Positions 61,236-64,000 of a stretch of 64,000 nucleotides of DNA are shown here, piece by piece (the first letter of the stretch is position 1; every line of letters begins with the position of its first letter). The position numbers and the translations under genes were made by a program. The notes under the pieces were generated by a model that saw nothing but the letters and a program-made list of their open reading frames with translations, was not told the origin of the DNA and ran no database searches. The stretch is from Camelus ferus (Eukaryota): the NCBI RefSeq assembly GCF_009834535.1, contig NC_045697.1, forward strand, positions 48,858,001 to 48,922,000. The letters are read 5' to 3'.

Positions 61236-63438
61236 GGACCAGAACCCACATCCCCCTTAGTCTATTGCTAGTTTCCCTTGTTTTCCACTAACTTGACTCT
61301 CCCAACCTCTCTCATTGCCTTTGGTTTACTATGAAATATCATGTCTGATGATCAGAAGTGACTTACTTACATGTAACCATACTCCTTGCCAGGCCCAATG
61401 CCCAATGTCAACAAGCTGAGCTTCCTACCCACCTGATATTTGAGAAAAGGTCAAGACCAATTCACGTCTAATTCTTCATAAAGGTATTTAACAGTTGGGT
61501 GAGAGTGATAAGTCTATCCTAGGTCGGAAGAAAGACCACCTATTGGACGTCTTAATATGACCATAAATAATCAAATTAAATTCGGCAGTGGAAAACCTTT
61601 ACCCAGACAAGTCTCAGCTTGAGTTTATATGCTTTTCAGATGTAATATCCAGCTCTGGTCATTGACCAATACTGCAAAAACCAAGGCAAATTTTATATCC
61701 TCAGTTCATTAATTCCGTTGGAATAAAAGCCAAGCCACTGAAGAGTTTAAAGGCAGAAGACAATTAGAAGAGCTGGAAACAGTGGTCAATTTGTTAATTA
61801 GAAGCTCAAAAGGCAGTAATAAATAGGTAATAACAATTTGAAGACCACAGCCCTGGTTGTGAAGACCACAGGCTGGCCTGAGGGGTGTGGCATGTTGCAA
61901 AGCATTAAAGCATTTTATAGGATTTGTTCACACAGGTGTAGGTGTGCTTACTGTTTGGGTACTTTTATGAAATTGCCAGTGAAGTCAATTGTGATCAATC
62001 CCCCTTCTTTGTTCCATGTATTTTAGCAAAGTATTAACCATTTTCGACCTTAGCCCCTGCATAAAGCTCCCGCCAGTTAGTAACTACTTTGGCCTGGGAG
62101 AAGGTCTGGATGGAATTTTTCCAATTCTCCCTCTCTGGAAATACTTCACCAAGTTATAAGAGAAACGCGTGACTCAGTGACCACGGCGGGGGACCCCCCA
62201 ACCCCCAGCCCCTTAGAGCCACATTAGGTTCTCTTTCCCTTCCCCACCCTACTCAATGTGGGTAGTGGCTCCCCAAAAGGCCACCAAATTCCAAGGTTAA
62301 ATGTTTTCCCGCTTTGTCCCTTGATCCCAGGCACCCTGCAAAGGGTACAGCCTCTAAAGCAGGCCGGTGAGGATGGAAAACAAGGAAATTTTGAGAAAAT
62401 AGTCCATGTTCCAAATCTACCAGTTTCCTGCTATGCTTTCTTTGATTATTCTGCTCTTACCACTTAGCAGGAAGAGTAGAAAAGAAGGAAAAGGATTTTC
62501 TCTGAAAATCAAAACTCGGTTCATGGCCTGCCCTTCTTTCTCTCGTCAGCAGGTGCCCTCCCCAGGGAGAGCTGGAGCATCCCAAGAATCTGTACAAGTT
62601 CACAACCAATCGCTCTTTACCATCATGGGAGCGAATCTCAGGAAATGAGCTGAGTGCCCCCAAGGGGGATGAAAGCATAGTCTCAGGTTGTGTGAATCAC
62701 ACAGCATAGGTTTAAACCATGGAACAAGCTCATCCTGGTACTTAAGTGTCCATTTCCACAGAGTCTGCGTGCCAGCCCTTCAACCTGACCCTGGACCCTA
62801 TCTTTTTAGCCCTTCATCCTATATCCACCTGCCACACTTAGGCCAACCTCTGTCTTGTCGTCCTCTAGGTCCTTGGAGAAGGGGATCTTCCTATTTAGGC
62901 CTCATGCCCCTTCCTTTGGCTTCTGGTCGAAATTCCTCTGCTAAAGGTCACCCAACCCATCCCTGAAGCCGCCCCTGGCCTCTGCCCCTAGGCATCCTTG
63001 GAAGCACCTTATCTCCATCCTGAGGAGAGGCCCCTTATTCTGTTTCTGCAACAGGTTGCCAGTCTCACTTTATGGTCTGCCTCCCATCTTCTCCCCACCC
63101 CTTCCCAGCCCATCTAGCCACGGGTCACCAGCCAACCAAGGATCACAGTGTCCCAATCCCCAGCCCTGCCTCTCCTGCCACCCTCTGTAACAGGGACAGA
63201 CAAGGGTGAAGAGTAACACAAGGGTATTCTGTTTGAAATATATTTTCCTGAGTGAGCACTGCCAGGCTCTCGTACCTCAAATCCTCCGCAATCCTGGAAG
63301 AAAGAAGTTTTTGTTTTCACCTTGTAGAGCACACAGCTGCCACCCGGCCATGCAGCCCCCAGCTTATCACAGGTGAGGACTTGGCAGGTATTTTTCTGAG
63401 AAGCAGCAGACATGATGGAAAAGGCCTTGGGGAAGGGT

Positions 63439-63440
<2 letters not shown>

Positions 63441-63490
<50 letters not shown>
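63441..63490. repeat. (TG)25 microsatellite
   Basis: Uninterrupted TG run seen directly. Confidence 0.97.
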
Positions 63491-63492
<2 letters not shown>

Positions 63493-64000
63493 CAGGCGGT
63501 GCTGAGTGGTGGCGTCAAACCTGTGGATATATCGGAGGAAAAGGAAAATCTTGAAAACAGTGGCATAAGCATCATTCTAGGGACATTAAACCTTGGCCTC
63601 CTAGAAACCACTAGGAGCAGGTGATGATCTTAAGCCATGTGCATCATTTATTTTGTAACACAGTGTAAATTGGGGAGTATCAGCCCATCCTGCTGGTCGA
63701 AGCAGATGGCAGCCAAGTCTTGGCTTCTGCTGCCACCTTGTGTTTTAGAGAAGGAAGTCTAAATTCACGGCATTGCTCTGGCACCAAGAAATCAGCCAAC
63801 ATTTTAGAGCTGGAAGAGATCTTAGAAATCTCCAGCCTAGCTCCCTTCAACTCACAGATAAGGAAACCGAGACTCCGACTGGAACCCAGAGCCCCTAGCT
63901 CCTTCCTCTGCACCACCCACTTCTCTGGATAATTACATTCACAGCACATGCACTCAGGTCAGATCCTCAATAACTCAGGCCACCGATGTGCATGGCAGAA

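Noticed and set aside
18274..64000. Orthologue of the human kidney-disease-associated TCF7L2 enhancer in SHROOM3 intron 1
   Set aside because: Cannot be located without alignment; ATCAAAG/CTTTGAT motifs occur at roughly chance frequency, and exon 1 is not in the window.
1..64000. CRISPR arrays, prokaryotic operons, NUMTs, processed pseudogenes
   Set aside because: None recognised; the sequence is mammalian intronic DNA.

Overview
Mammalian genomic DNA, most likely camelid: there are seven copies of a tRNA-derived SINE resembling camelid Vic-1. The only host coding sequence is a 155-bp minus-strand exon (18119-18273) encoding the second half of the SHROOM3 PDZ domain (exon 2). Positions 18274-64000 are therefore inferred to be intron 1 and 1-18118 intron 2. 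The rest is intronic DNA with LINE-1, L2, CR1/L3, MIR, MaLR/ERV LTR and DNA-transposon remnants. The most unusual structure is an 8.4-kb LINE-1 insertion (35444-43851) inside one perfect 15-bp target-site duplication (TSD). It has two tandem 5' ends: a 5'UTR plus truncated ORF1 from one L1 lineage fused to a near-intact full-length L1 of a related lineage. Both 5'UTRs carry a homologous antisense ORF on the SHROOM3 strand. The L1 also has splice signals bracketing ORF1 and a spacer sORF overlapping the ORF2 start. Other oddities are a tailless internal L1 fragment with a TSD, an internally deleted mini-L1, a perfect 15-bp hairpin, a 27-bp dispersed direct repeat and a truncated LTR with CCAAT and TATA boxes. 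Repeat family names are from recalled consensus similarity, not a search, and their boundaries are approximate.
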